A DNA stretch of 64,000 bases from an uncultured Sangeribacter sp. (GCA_964456155.1 CAYVZJ010000001.1:8660-72659); one strand, 5' to 3'. Numbered from the stretch's first letter, positions 1-9,090 are shown. Made by a program: numbers and translations. The notes: generated by a model not told the origin, from the sequence alone.

Positions 1-1
1 C

Positions 2-280
2 GACGAGCCGTTTGACTATGACCTTCTTCTTTTCTTCAGCCCGGCGGGTATCGACTCCCTGAAGAAGAATTTCCCGGACTTTGACCAGACTCGCGACCGT
101 AAATATATCGGCACTTTCGGTGCTCCGGCCGCTCAGGCAGTAGAGGCCGCCGGTCTGCGTCTTGACTTTGCTGCTCCGACGCCGGAGGCTCTCTCGATGC
201 CGGCTGCTCTGGATGCCTTCCTTACCAAGATGGAGGCAGAGCAAGAGTCGGAAGATGATTTAGGTCAGAAGTCAGAGTGA
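2..280 (+). CDS. 3' end of a uroporphyrinogen-III synthase-like (HemD family) gene, truncated by the window edge
   Basis: Open frame from the window edge to TGA at 278-280. It is absent from the ORF track because it has no start. The translation ...LLLFFSPAGIDSLKKNFPDF...IGTFGAPAAQAVEAAGLRLDFAAPTPEALSMPAAL resembles the C-terminal half of Bacteroidales HemD, from memory. Confidence 0.45.
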   Translation, partial: DEPFDYDLLLFFSPAGIDSLKKNFPDFDQTRDRKYIGTFGAPAAQAVEAAGLRLDFAAPTPEALSMPAALDAFLTKMEAEQESEDDLGQKSE

Positions 281-311
281 TGAGGTAAGAGGTTAAGAGG
301 GGTGTCAGATC

Positions 312-3300
312 ATGAAAAACGTAGATGAAAATCTTCTGAACAGGCTGTATCTGAAGGAGACGGCGTTTCAGAACCTCATGCAGAAGCGTATCTTCAATGT
401 GCTTCTGATAGCGACGCCATACGATGCCTTCATGATGGAGGAGGATGGCCGTGTAGACGAACAGATATATCTGGAGTATGTGTCGCTCAACCTCTCATCG
501 CCGCCACGCTTTACTAAGGTGGCGAATTATCAGGAGGCGCGCGAGGCTCTACGCGAGAAGAATTTCGATCTGATCATAGCGATGCCGGGCGTGGATATCT
601 CGGAGACATTTCAGGAGGCCCGGCAACTCGACACTCTCTATCCCGACATACCGTTTGTGGTGCTGACTCCCTTCTCGAAGGAGGTGCGCCGACGTATCGC
701 CAATGAAGATCTGCGTGGCGTAGACTATGTCTTCTCATGGCTCGGCAACGTAGACTTGATACTTGCCATCATCAAGCTTATGGAAGACCGCATGAATGCG
801 GACAATGATATCGAGGAGGTGGGTGTGCAATGCGTACTGCTGATTGAAGACTCGATACGCTTCTACTCGTCGATACTCCCTCATCTCTTCAAATACCTGC
901 TGCGTCAGTCTCAAATTTTTGCTACGGAGGCTCTCAACGGCCACGAGCAGATGCTTCGTATGCGTGGACGTCCGAAGGTGTTGCTGGCTCGCGACTACGA
1001 GGAGGCTTGTGCGCTGTTTGACCGTTACGGCAACAATATGCTGGGCATCATCAGCGATGTGCGTTTCCCGCGCGACGGCAAGAAGGATCCAGAGGCCGGC
1101 TTTGAGTTTGCCCGTTATGTAAGAGCGCGTGACCCATATATTCCCATAATCCTTGAGAGTCAGGAGAGTGACAATATCAACCGTGCGCAGAAGGAGGGAC
1201 TCGTATTTCTTGACAAGAACTCCAAGACGCTCCCTCAGGATCTGCGTAAGGCGGTAAGAAAATATTTCGGCTTTGAAGACCTTCTTCTCACCGATCCGAA
1301 GACGGGCGACGAGGTGATGAGGATTCATGACCTTAAAGAGCTTCAGAAACGGGTGTTTGATATCCCAGATGATGTGCTCTTTGATGCCTGTTCTACCAAT
1401 CAGGTGTCGCGATGGTTTTATTCGCGCGCACTCTTCCCGATAGCGGATGCCATACGCCAATACAGATTTACGCGAATGGAGGAGGCGGAGGCGGTAAAGC
1501 GCCTGATATTCGAATGCATCGTGAAATACAGGAGGATGAAAAACAGGGGTGTCGTGGCCATATTCCGAAAAGACCGTTTTGACCGATACAGTAATTTTGC
1601 GCGTATAGGTGAGGGCTCTTTGGGCGGTAAGGGTCGCGGTCTGGCCTTTATCGACCAGATTATCAAGCGGCATCCGGAGTGTGACGACTTTGAGGGAGTG
1701 CAGCTGACGATACCACGCACGGTGGTGCTCTGCACGGATATTTTCGATGAATTCATGGATACGAACAATCTGTATCCTCTTGCGCTGTCCGCCCGTCCCG
1801 ACTCTGAGATACTTGAGGCCTTCCTCAAGGCGAAGTTGCCGGAGTCGGTGCGCGACAGTTTTTCGGCTCTTTTCGACGTGGTAGACCGTCCTTTGGCCGT
1901 TCGCAGTTCGTCGCTGCTTGAAGACTCGCATTATCAGCCGTTTGCCGGTATTTATGCTACGTATATGGTGCCGATGTCGGAAGATAAGGAGGTGCGTATG
2001 CGTCAGCTCACGGATGCGGTGAAGGGTGTGTATGCGTCTGTCTTTTTTGCCGACTCCAAAGCCTATATGAATGCCACATCCAATGTGATCGACCAGGAGA
2101 AGATGGCCGTAATCCTTCAGGAGGTGGTGGGTGAAGACCATGACGGCAACTATTATCCGAGTTTTTCGGGTGTTGGCCGTTCGCTCAACTATTATCCGCT
2201 TAATGATGAGCTGGCGGAAGATGGTGTGGCAGAGGTGGCTGTGGGTCTTGGCAAGTATATAGTGGATGGCGGAATGGCGCTGCGGTTCTCCCCTCGTCAT
2301 CCGGGCAAAGTGCTTCAGACCTCCACTCTTGGAGCCGCCTTGCGCGACACTCAGACCTCGCTCTATGCCCTGCCGACGGCTCCGGAGGCCACGGGCACGT
2401 TTACCACTGATGACAGCTTCAATATCCGCAAACTGAACGTGACAGAGGCTGCCAAGACGGGAGCGTTGCGCTTTATGGTGTCGACGTATGATGCCAACGA
2501 CCGTATGATACGCGATACGGATGCAGGCCCGGGTCGTAAGGTAGTGACCTTTGCCAACGTGTTGAGTCACGGCGTCTTCCCGTTGGCTCATCTAATTGAC
2601 TTTATGCTCACTACGGGTCAGTATGAGATGGGACGTCCGGTGGAGATAGAATTTGCCGGCAATATCAATCCGAAGGCCATGAGTGACAAGAATAAGGGTA
2701 CGCTCTATTGGCTTCAGATACGTCCGATAGTTGACAAAAAAGAGATGCTTGATGACTCGCTTCTGGATGTAGAGGATAAGGATTTGATACTGCGTTCGGA
2801 GACAGCGTTGGGTCACGGATTGATGGACAACGTGCGCCATATCGTGTATGTTAAGCCGTCTACGTTTGACAGTCTTCGCAATGAGGCGACGGCGCAGGAG
2901 GTGGAGCGCGTCAACAAAGAGATGATAGAGCGTGGCGAGCCGTATATCCTGATAGGCCCGGGGCGCTGGGGGTCTTCTGACTCCGCGCTGGGCATACCGG
3001 TGAAGTGGCCTCAGATAGCGGGCGCTCGTCTGATTGTGGAGTCAGCGTTGCCGGGCTATAGGGTTGAGCCATCGCAGGGCACGCATTTTTTCCAGAATCT
3101 GACCTCGTTTGGCGTAGGCTATTTCACCGTAGATGGAGATGGCGGCAACGGCTATATAGACACGGAGTGGCTTGACCGGTGTCCGTCGGTGTATGAGACA
3201 GACACGCTGCGTATTGTAGAATTTGATGAGCCGTTGATGATAGCCATCAACGGAAGGAAATCGCGTGGCATCGTGGTGAAGCCGGGAGTATCTTCGGGTA

Positions 3301-3329
3301 GTGAAGCCGGGGAGGAGGGACTTGAATAG
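312..3329 (+). CDS. PEP/pyruvate-binding (PPDK_N-type) domain protein with N-terminal receiver-like domains
   Basis: 1005-aa ORF. Carries PEP-utilizer N-domain motifs GSLGGKGRGLAFI and RSSSLLEDS, plus CheY-like N-terminal segments (VLLIATPYD, VLLIEDSIRF). Confidence 0.85.
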   Translation: MKNVDENLLNRLYLKETAFQNLMQKRIFNVLLIATPYDAFMMEEDGRVDEQIYLEYVSLNLSSPPRFTKVANYQEAREALREKNFDLIIAMPGVDISETFQEARQLDTLYPDIPFVVLTPFSKEVRRRIANEDLRGVDYVFSWLGNVDLILAIIKLMEDRMNADNDIEEVGVQCVLLIEDSIRFYSSILPHLFKYLLRQSQIFATEALNGHEQMLRMRGRPKVLLARDYEEACALFDRYGNNMLGIISDVRFPRDGKKDPEAGFEFARYVRARDPYIPIILESQESDNINRAQKEGLVFLDKNSKTLPQDLRKAVRKYFGFEDLLLTDPKTGDEVMRIHDLKELQKRVFDIPDDVLFDACSTNQVSRWFYSRALFPIADAIRQYRFTRMEEAEAVKRLIFECIVKYRRMKNRGVVAIFRKDRFDRYSNFARIGEGSLGGKGRGLAFIDQIIKRHPECDDFEGVQLTIPRTVVLCTDIFDEFMDTNNLYPLALSARPDSEILEAFLKAKLPESVRDSFSALFDVVDRPLAVRSSSLLEDSHYQPFAGIYATYMVPMSEDKEVRMRQLTDAVKGVYASVFFADSKAYMNATSNVIDQEKMAVILQEVVGEDHDGNYYPSFSGVGRSLNYYPLNDELAEDGVAEVAVGLGKYIVDGGMALRFSPRHPGKVLQTSTLGAALRDTQTSLYALPTAPEATGTFTTDDSFNIRKLNVTEAAKTGALRFMVSTYDANDRMIRDTDAGPGRKVVTFANVLSHGVFPLAHLIDFMLTTGQYEMGRPVEIEFAGNINPKAMSDKNKGTLYWLQIRPIVDKKEMLDDSLLDVEDKDLILRSETALGHGLMDNVRHIVYVKPSTFDSLRNEATAQEVERVNKEMIERGEPYILIGPGRWGSSDSALGIPVKWPQIAGARLIVESALPGYRVEPSQGTHFFQNLTSFGVGYFTVDGDGGNGYIDTEWLDRCPSVYETDTLRIVEFDEPLMIAINGRKSRGIVVKPGVSSGSEAGEEGLE

Positions 3330-3900
3330 CGCTTGGCATATATGGCGACATCCCCGCCGCGCCGCCCGTGACATTGAGTCGCTGCAAGCGCAGGCTGATA
3401 GTCTTCGTGAGGAGATGAAAGGTCTGCAAGCGGAGGCAGCCGACCGTCAGGCGCAATATGAGGCTTTGGAAGAGAAAATGGCGGCGGAGCGTGCTGAGAA
3501 AGAGGAATTGACAGCGCTTGCAAATGAGCGCCTCCAACGCATTGAAGCATTGGAGGCGGAGTCGGCCGAATGGCAAAAGATAGAGGAGGAGATGAAAGAG
3601 ATGTACGCCCGTCTGGAGGAAGTGGAAGACCTGAAGCGCATGTATGAGCGCCGCATCAAAGGCCTGCGCATACGCCTTCGCGCAGCCGGCACCCCCGACG
3701 ACGACTACACCGAGCTAATCGACATGCAGTCGGACTCCCCACGCCCATCGCAACCTAATTCCCCCCACGCGACCTCTCCATCTCAAGAAAATTCCCATTC
3801 CGAAGAAACTACCGCAGAAGCACCCGTGAGTACCCCCGAAGAAAAATCCTCAGGAGAAGATGACACCCGCTGGCTCCGCACCCTCCCGCAAGATATGTAG
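3301..3900 (+). CDS. hypothetical coiled-coil protein with an acidic Ser/Pro-rich tail
   Basis: 199-aa ORF with a heptad-like E/A/L/K-rich stretch (LQAQADSLREEMKGLQAEAADRQAQYEALEEKMAAERAEKEEL). It overlaps the upstream gene by 29 nt, so the start is uncertain. Confidence 0.45.
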   Translation: MKPGRRDLNSAWHIWRHPRRAARDIESLQAQADSLREEMKGLQAEAADRQAQYEALEEKMAAERAEKEELTALANERLQRIEALEAESAEWQKIEEEMKEMYARLEEVEDLKRMYERRIKGLRIRLRAAGTPDDDYTELIDMQSDSPRPSQPNSPHATSPSQENSHSEETTAEAPVSTPEEKSSGEDDTRWLRTLPQDM

Positions 3901-3957
3901 CCCCTGCGCTTGATACAAGAGGGTAGATTATGTGTTGTATAATAAGAAGATGTATAT

Positions 3958-3965
3958 TATCTTTG
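3958..3965 (+). promoter_or_regulatory. Bacteroides-type -7 promoter box TATCTTTG upstream of the Panacea-domain gene
   Basis: Exact match to TAnnTTTG, 13 nt before the ATG at 3979. No clear -33 TTTG was seen. Confidence 0.35.
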
Positions 3966-3978
3966 CAAGTAAGAAAGG

Positions 3979-4578
3979 ATGAATATGAGTTTAGGAATAA
4001 GAGCCAACAGAATAAAGAACGGAGCATTACTGGCTTATATAGCCACTAAAGTTCCCGGTATAAATATGCGTAAACTGCTAAAAATTATCTATTTGATAGA
4101 TGAGCGGTTTGTATTGTTGCGTGGCTTTCCATTTACATGGCTTGATTATTATGTCTGGGGGAAAGGACCTGTAGCACCGGAGGTATATTCAATTAAAGAG
4201 AATGAGAATTACTTTTCTGATTTTGTAAAAGCAATTGAATCGGAAGATGGCAAGCTCCTCATCTTTCCCTTAATTACGGTGAATAATGACCCTGATAGTC
4301 CCTTCGGAGAATTAAGCGAATATGAATTGTCCGTAATTGATGAAGAACTGTTGAAATATGGTGATAAGACTGCAGATTGGCTGACAGATCAAACTCATTT
4401 GCCTGATGGTTTATGGACTAAAACGAAGTTGGAACACCATGTCCATTTTCAGGATGGTAAGTCAGATTGTCGAATAGATCTGAAAGATTTAATTAAGGCC
4501 AATGAGGAATTGTGTGAAGTATATGAGGATGCCGAATGGAATGTAGGTTTCAAGGCGCAACTAAATGGTCAAATGTAA
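3979..4578 (+). CDS. Panacea-domain (DUF4065 / SocA-like) putative antitoxin
   Basis: 199-aa ORF. The core KLLKIIYLIDERFVLLRGFPFTWLDYYVWGKGPVAPEVY matches the DUF4065/Panacea signature from memory. It overlaps the next ORF by 14 nt. Confidence 0.75.
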   Translation: MNMSLGIRANRIKNGALLAYIATKVPGINMRKLLKIIYLIDERFVLLRGFPFTWLDYYVWGKGPVAPEVYSIKENENYFSDFVKAIESEDGKLLIFPLITVNNDPDSPFGELSEYELSVIDEELLKYGDKTADWLTDQTHLPDGLWTKTKLEHHVHFQDGKSDCRIDLKDLIKANEELCEVYEDAEWNVGFKAQLNGQM

Positions 4579-5050
4579 AAATAGGAATATGTTTGAACCT
4601 GGCGAAGTGGTATATGCATTTGTGAAAAATATTCATCCTCCAAAGAATAAATATTTCGTAACGATATATAGAGATGATAATTTGAGAATTGTGACATGCT
4701 TCACGACCACCAAAAGTAGGGTTGGCATTCCATTTGATCAGTTGACGCATGGATATGTAAAGAAAGATAAGAGTATAGTAGGATATTTTTTTGATAAGGC
4801 GATAGAAATAGGTGTTGATTTGGAGGGATGTCCGTTTCATTTTCCGAGAAATTGTGTAATTCCATTCGATTATGGAATTCAAATCGGCACAAAAGAGCAA
4901 TTTTTAAAAAATGTTGAGGAAGAGAGAGTGGTCTGTAAGTTGCATCCAAAAGAGTATGAAAATTTAGTGTATGCAATGTATAGAAGTCCTCTCACAGATT
5001 CGAAATTCAAACCCTATCTCCAGAAAGTCTTAGAACGTCTCTGCTTATAA
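4565..5050 (+). CDS. hypothetical protein, candidate toxin partner of the Panacea-domain antitoxin
   Basis: 161-aa ORF translationally coupled to 3979-4578. An alternative ATG lies at 4589. No family was recognised. The N-terminus (FEPGEVVYAFV ... LRIVTCFTTTK) is weakly MazF/PemK-like. Confidence 0.55.
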   Translation: MVKCKNRNMFEPGEVVYAFVKNIHPPKNKYFVTIYRDDNLRIVTCFTTTKSRVGIPFDQLTHGYVKKDKSIVGYFFDKAIEIGVDLEGCPFHFPRNCVIPFDYGIQIGTKEQFLKNVEEERVVCKLHPKEYENLVYAMYRSPLTDSKFKPYLQKVLERLCL

Positions 5051-5319
5051 TAAATCCCTCCCTTTTCATCGAGGTCCGGACACTACAATATTGTATGTCA
5101 TATTCCCGGTATAATCTGATAAGGGCTCAATATGCTCATCTTTGTTTTAAGTTATTAATTGTTGCAATCAGTTTCCTCAAATATTTGATGTGAGATATTT
5201 GTAAAACATCATATTTCTACTTCAGTCGCATTTTAACAGACATCAAAACTCTATTACTTTGAAAAGTATCCTGAAATTACAAAAAATTAAGTTTTAACAT
5301 AAAAAAATCAAGTCTTAAA

Positions 5320-5381
5320 ACAAATTTTCTGTACATCACGTACAGAAAATTTGTTTTGTTGAGATATTATTATTAACTTTG
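5320..5381 (+). promoter_or_regulatory. perfect 15-bp inverted repeat followed by, and overlapping, a predicted promoter of the ATPase gene
   Basis: ACAAATTTTCTGTAC (5320-5334), loop atcac, GTACAGAAAATTTGT (5340-5354), then TTTGTT. A TTTG at 5350-5353 lies 20 nt upstream of TAACTTTG (5374-5381). The ATG is at 5401. Confidence 0.45.
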
Positions 5382-5400
5382 TGTCGTTTAAATAAACAAT

Positions 5401-6750
5401 ATGCTTCAAGATATCACCATATCCAACTTCTTCTCTATCCGAGAGCCATTGAAAGTCTCATTTGAGGCTTCCAAAGAAAAGCAATATGGTGAGGATTGGA
5501 TTATCCAAATTGGGAATATTCGTCTCTTGAAAGCAATTTTATTGTATGGTGCAAATGGGAGCGGGAAAACAAATATCCTATATGCTCTTAATTTTGTCAG
5601 GCACACAATTTTAAATATTCCTTCTGATGTTGATCAGGGTTTAAATTATATGCGCTTCGCACTTGACCCTAAGTGTAAGCAAGAAAATACCACATTTGAC
5701 ATACATTTCTTTATAGAAAATTCGAGATATAAGTACCGACTGATAGTTTCCCCGAAAAAAATTATAGAAGAGGAATTGAGGATTTTCCATAATGGAAATA
5801 ATAGTCGCTCGATTTACTCTAGGAAATTTAGTGCAGAAAAAGGGGTGAACATAGTGCGTTTTGGCACTTGGCTTCCACTTACTCCCAAAGAACGTAAGTC
5901 AATTGAAGAAGCAACAACCGCAAATATCTCAGTGCTCTCTGCGTATAGTACAAGAAATATTTCATGTGAGGAATTGACAAAAGTTCGGAACTATTTTAAG
6001 TATGAGTTCTTTAAACTTTATAGTGTAGATGGGGCAGATCAGGAAGTGGCAAAAGCCATAAAAGAAGACCCACATTTCAAAACAATACTAATTGATTTAC
6101 TGCAGACCTTCCATTCCAATATTGTAAATATTGAGGTTGAGGAGGAAAAGAGAAATATCCCAGAAGAAGCACTTGATATCTTATTAAAGATGCACCCCTC
6201 GGAATCGGAGCGTGAAGTTATTGCCAACCTCAAAACGCTTTCCAAGTGGACGAGTAAGTATGTCCACAGAACAGAAATAGGGGATTTTGCTTTGAGTGAT
6301 GATCTGCAGTCAGAAGGAACAAAAACCTTTATCAGACACCTTGCGCTTTTCTACAAAGCCATAAAAGGCAATTGGTTAGTTGCATTGGATGAGTTCGGTT
6401 CCGGGATGCAAGCGAAGACACAACATCTACTATTGGATTTCTTCTTGAAATTCTCACGCGGATCTCAATTGATTTTTGCAACGCAATCCTTAGGCTTTTT
6501 AGACTTTCCATCAATGCGTAGAGATGCTATTAAAATTGTATCAAAAATTCGAAATATTGGTAATACTCATCTTGACCCCGACACAGTTAAAGGTATTCAC
6601 AAAAATATTAAATTGAGAAGGGCATATAATAATGGCCGTTTTAAAACGATAGATCCTAATGAACCTGAAATTGACCTAAATGAAAGGGGGCATCAGTATA
6701 AATCTTTGATATTTGGTGAAGATTTAAACAGAAAGGAGGGGGAAATATGA
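5401..6750 (+). CDS. AAA_15/AAA_21-type (ABC-like) ATPase, standalone
   Basis: 449-aa ORF. Walker A LLYGANGSGKTN, signature-like SEGTK, Walker B LVALDEFGSGM. The usual switch His position reads FATQS. The C-terminal LRRAYNNGRF is typical of this family. Confidence 0.8.
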   Translation: MLQDITISNFFSIREPLKVSFEASKEKQYGEDWIIQIGNIRLLKAILLYGANGSGKTNILYALNFVRHTILNIPSDVDQGLNYMRFALDPKCKQENTTFDIHFFIENSRYKYRLIVSPKKIIEEELRIFHNGNNSRSIYSRKFSAEKGVNIVRFGTWLPLTPKERKSIEEATTANISVLSAYSTRNISCEELTKVRNYFKYEFFKLYSVDGADQEVAKAIKEDPHFKTILIDLLQTFHSNIVNIEVEEEKRNIPEEALDILLKMHPSESEREVIANLKTLSKWTSKYVHRTEIGDFALSDDLQSEGTKTFIRHLALFYKAIKGNWLVALDEFGSGMQAKTQHLLLDFFLKFSRGSQLIFATQSLGFLDFPSMRRDAIKIVSKIRNIGNTHLDPDTVKGIHKNIKLRRAYNNGRFKTIDPNEPEIDLNERGHQYKSLIFGEDLNRKEGEI

Positions 6751-6946
6751 AATAGAGAAATTGCAAAAAAGAAGCCTCACTCTTTGCCGAGAATGAGGCA
6801 TCATGAGAGTTAGTAAACCCTTTGTGTATTTTGGGGTATACGTGGTTTTCAAACGCAAAATTACGATTTTTTTTCGTAATAAGCAAGCGTCATACCCATT
6901 AATTTAGCAAAGGGAAAGTTAAAAAACGTTTAAAATTTAATTTTAA

Positions 6947-7795
6947 ATGCAAAAATTCCCTTATTATCAGAATGAGCAACCATCATTTTATGAGGGCTGG
7001 CATTCAAAAAATGATTCAAATCTGTTTAATTCGGTACAAATTGGACAATCACCGTTCTCCATGGGTTTATTCAATGCCAAAGAGAACTATCTTCAAGCAT
7101 GTACATCATCAGGTAAACTTTGTGAATTAATGAAACTCAGTCCTAAAGCTAGAGCTAAGGCTGAATACAACAATCTTCATCTTATTAAAGGTATGAACCT
7201 CACTCAACGTTATGGATTCCCCATTCTATCTCCATGCAAAGAGTGTCCAGATCTAAATTGCGTTCCGTATTCAAGTAGGAATGAGAGAGGAAAGCAAAAT
7301 CTAGGAGTCCATTTCTTTGAAGATGATTACAAATTCAACAATCCCATTTGGAATCGTTTAGATCAGACGACTTATAGTCTACGTAATCGACCATATTTGT
7401 TTGCCCCTGATCATAGTTTATATGTGGGACCTCTTTCAGCTTTAAACATTTCATCCATTTATAAATCTCGATTTGCAGGAGCATACTGGACCCTCTGCGG
7501 ATATTCTGTTATTCCGACTGCAAGCTGGGGTGATGTTGAATCCTTTGCCTATAGTTTTGATGGACTTCCTCTTAAAAGTGTGATAGCAGTCTGTGGAACC
7601 GGTATTTGTCACAACAATGGCGCACTTGAACTTTGGTACGCCGGCTTATGTGAATTGGAAATTAGACTTCAACCGATTTTAATAATCATTTATGGCGAAT
7701 ATCGAGAAATTCCCAATCTTAAGACGCCTGTAATATTTATTCCACCATATTCAAAAACAAAATTTCAAAAAATAGATTATGACGCACGAAAATAA
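6947..7795 (+). CDS. DUF4417 domain protein
   Basis: 282-aa ORF. VHFFEDDYKFNNPIWN ... FAPDHSLY ... YKSRFAGAYW ... VIPTASWGD ... FDGLPLKSVIAVCGTG matches the remembered DUF4417 pattern (HFYxDDxxFExxWNxP ... PDFSLY ... YRSR ... VIP ... W). Confidence 0.7.
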   Translation: MQKFPYYQNEQPSFYEGWHSKNDSNLFNSVQIGQSPFSMGLFNAKENYLQACTSSGKLCELMKLSPKARAKAEYNNLHLIKGMNLTQRYGFPILSPCKECPDLNCVPYSSRNERGKQNLGVHFFEDDYKFNNPIWNRLDQTTYSLRNRPYLFAPDHSLYVGPLSALNISSIYKSRFAGAYWTLCGYSVIPTASWGDVESFAYSFDGLPLKSVIAVCGTGICHNNGALELWYAGLCELEIRLQPILIIIYGEYREIPNLKTPVIFIPPYSKTKFQKIDYDARK

Positions 7796-8195
7796 ACTTT
7801 GGCCTCAAGATGAGAGACTTTTCTCTAAAATTGAGAAAGAACAAATTGCAGAATCTGAACACCACTTCTTCCAAGAGATGCGAAGAAAGATGTTAGACGA
7901 GAATGCCCCATGGCCTGAGACTTTAGTATGGGAGCACGATAACCCGGACCACTTGTATTTATTACGTCAGGGGTACGATGAGTTTATGCTTGGGAAAGGC
8001 ACGTCACGACAAGAATGGCAAGCCACAGAGATTCATACTATGAATCTTTCAGATGCGTTGGCAATCAATCTCAAAGAAGCAAAACTTCTTGATCGAGATA
8101 TAACCTTTTTACAATGGCTCAGGGAAAATGAATTCTCGTGTGTGAAATATAATCATCAGAATGACGGTAATGTAAATTTAGTTAAACATGGGTGA
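7779..8195 (+). CDS. hypothetical protein
   Basis: 138-aa ORF with an ATG start and a 17-nt overlap with the DUF4417 gene. No family was recognised. Confidence 0.5.
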   Translation: MTHENKLWPQDERLFSKIEKEQIAESEHHFFQEMRRKMLDENAPWPETLVWEHDNPDHLYLLRQGYDEFMLGKGTSRQEWQATEIHTMNLSDALAINLKEAKLLDRDITFLQWLRENEFSCVKYNHQNDGNVNLVKHG

Positions 8196-8622
8196 TCAAA
8201 GAGATTACGAGAGAGGGAAGAATGATTTCTACTCCTATTCATATGAAGCATTATCACCCAGAATTACCATGAATGGTGTTACTGGGAGAATGATTGAAAA
8301 GAAAGAAGCCTTTAAATCCAAACATGCTGATTTGCCGGCTTACGCTAAATCTTCTGATATGTATTTTGCGCCCGGACCAGATGGAAAAGCTTCTCAAGCA
8401 AAACTGTATCGTAAGGACAAGAAAATGGCACTTGATTTCGATTGGAATCATGCCCATACCAATCCAGATGGAACTCATTTCCCGAAAGGTACAATACACG
8501 TTCAAGAATATAAAGTCACTCTCATTAAGAATGGTAAGGGAAGATGGGTTGATAAATTCACACGTTTGAGTAAAAAAGCTCGTCGAATGACAGCATCAGA
8601 AATCGAAAAATACGGACCATAA
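8188..8622 (+). CDS. hypothetical His-rich protein
   Basis: 144-aa ORF overlapping the previous ORF by 8 nt. Carries the His-rich block DFDWNHAHTNPDGTHFPKGTIHVQEY. No family was assigned. Confidence 0.5.
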   Translation: MGDQRDYERGKNDFYSYSYEALSPRITMNGVTGRMIEKKEAFKSKHADLPAYAKSSDMYFAPGPDGKASQAKLYRKDKKMALDFDWNHAHTNPDGTHFPKGTIHVQEYKVTLIKNGKGRWVDKFTRLSKKARRMTASEIEKYGP

Positions 8623-8781
8623 ATACATTATTTCAACCCTGATGTTAAGTTTTGACTACTGTTACAAAAAAACTTTTAGCAAAAATTGTAATGAAAATGG
8701 ATGCTGAAGTAGTTGGAGCAAGATAGCAAAAATCAAATATGAAACTCCTCTGAGAAGCTGACACATTTAGTAAGTCCGGAC

Positions 8782-8833
8782 AATTAAATAGGCCCGATTT
8801 TGGCGAATTTGTCAAAATCGGGACTATTTAATT
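8782..8833. terminator. long interrupted palindrome (10+10 bp stem) at the right edge of the AT-rich island, 3' of the rubrerythrin remnant
   Basis: AATTAAATAG g CCCGATTTTG (8782-8802), loop gcgaatttgt, CAAAATCGGG a CTATTTAATT (8813-8833). It lies 21 nt beyond the stop of the minus-strand ORF ending at 8854. Confidence 0.45.
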
Positions 8834-8853
8834 ATAAGAGACTAACAGGAGGA

Positions 8854-9090
8854 TTAGTAGTTGTCGGGGTGGACTTCGAAATAGCTTTGGGGGTGGAAGC
8901 AGACGGGGCATACTTCGGGGGCTTCGGTGCCGATGGAGATGTGTCCGCAGTTGCGACATTCCCAGACGGTGATGCCGGCTTTGCGGAATACTTCATGGGC
9001 CTCGACGTTGCGCAGCAGTGCGCGATAGCGCTCTTCGTGATGCTTCTCGATGGCTGCCACGCCGCGGAATTGCTCGGCAAGCTCCTTTAT
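8854..9090 (-). pseudogene. rubrerythrin, 3' remnant only (C-terminal ferritin-like helix plus rubredoxin-like domain)
   Basis: The last ~78 codons read IKELAEQFRGVAAIEKHHEERYRALL ... WECRNCGHISIGTEAPEVCPVCFHPQSYFE, the typical rubrerythrin C-terminus. The ~115 N-terminal codons of a normal ~190-aa rubrerythrin are absent. The upstream part of the 110-aa ORF (to 9186) shows no homology. Confidence 0.6.

Noticed and set aside
735-2591. 618-aa minus-strand ORF inside the PEP/pyruvate-binding gene
   Set aside because: It is a shadow ORF antisense to a gene with strong family motifs. The translation is Arg/His/Leu-rich with no recognisable domain. The smaller overlapping ORFs at 844-1122, 1418-1828, 2363-2557 and others are rejected for the same reason.
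3901-8853. Prophage, ICE or transposon interpretation of the AT-rich island
   Set aside because: No integrase, transposase, structural or conjugation genes, tRNA target or terminal repeats were found. It is reported only as an accessory islet.
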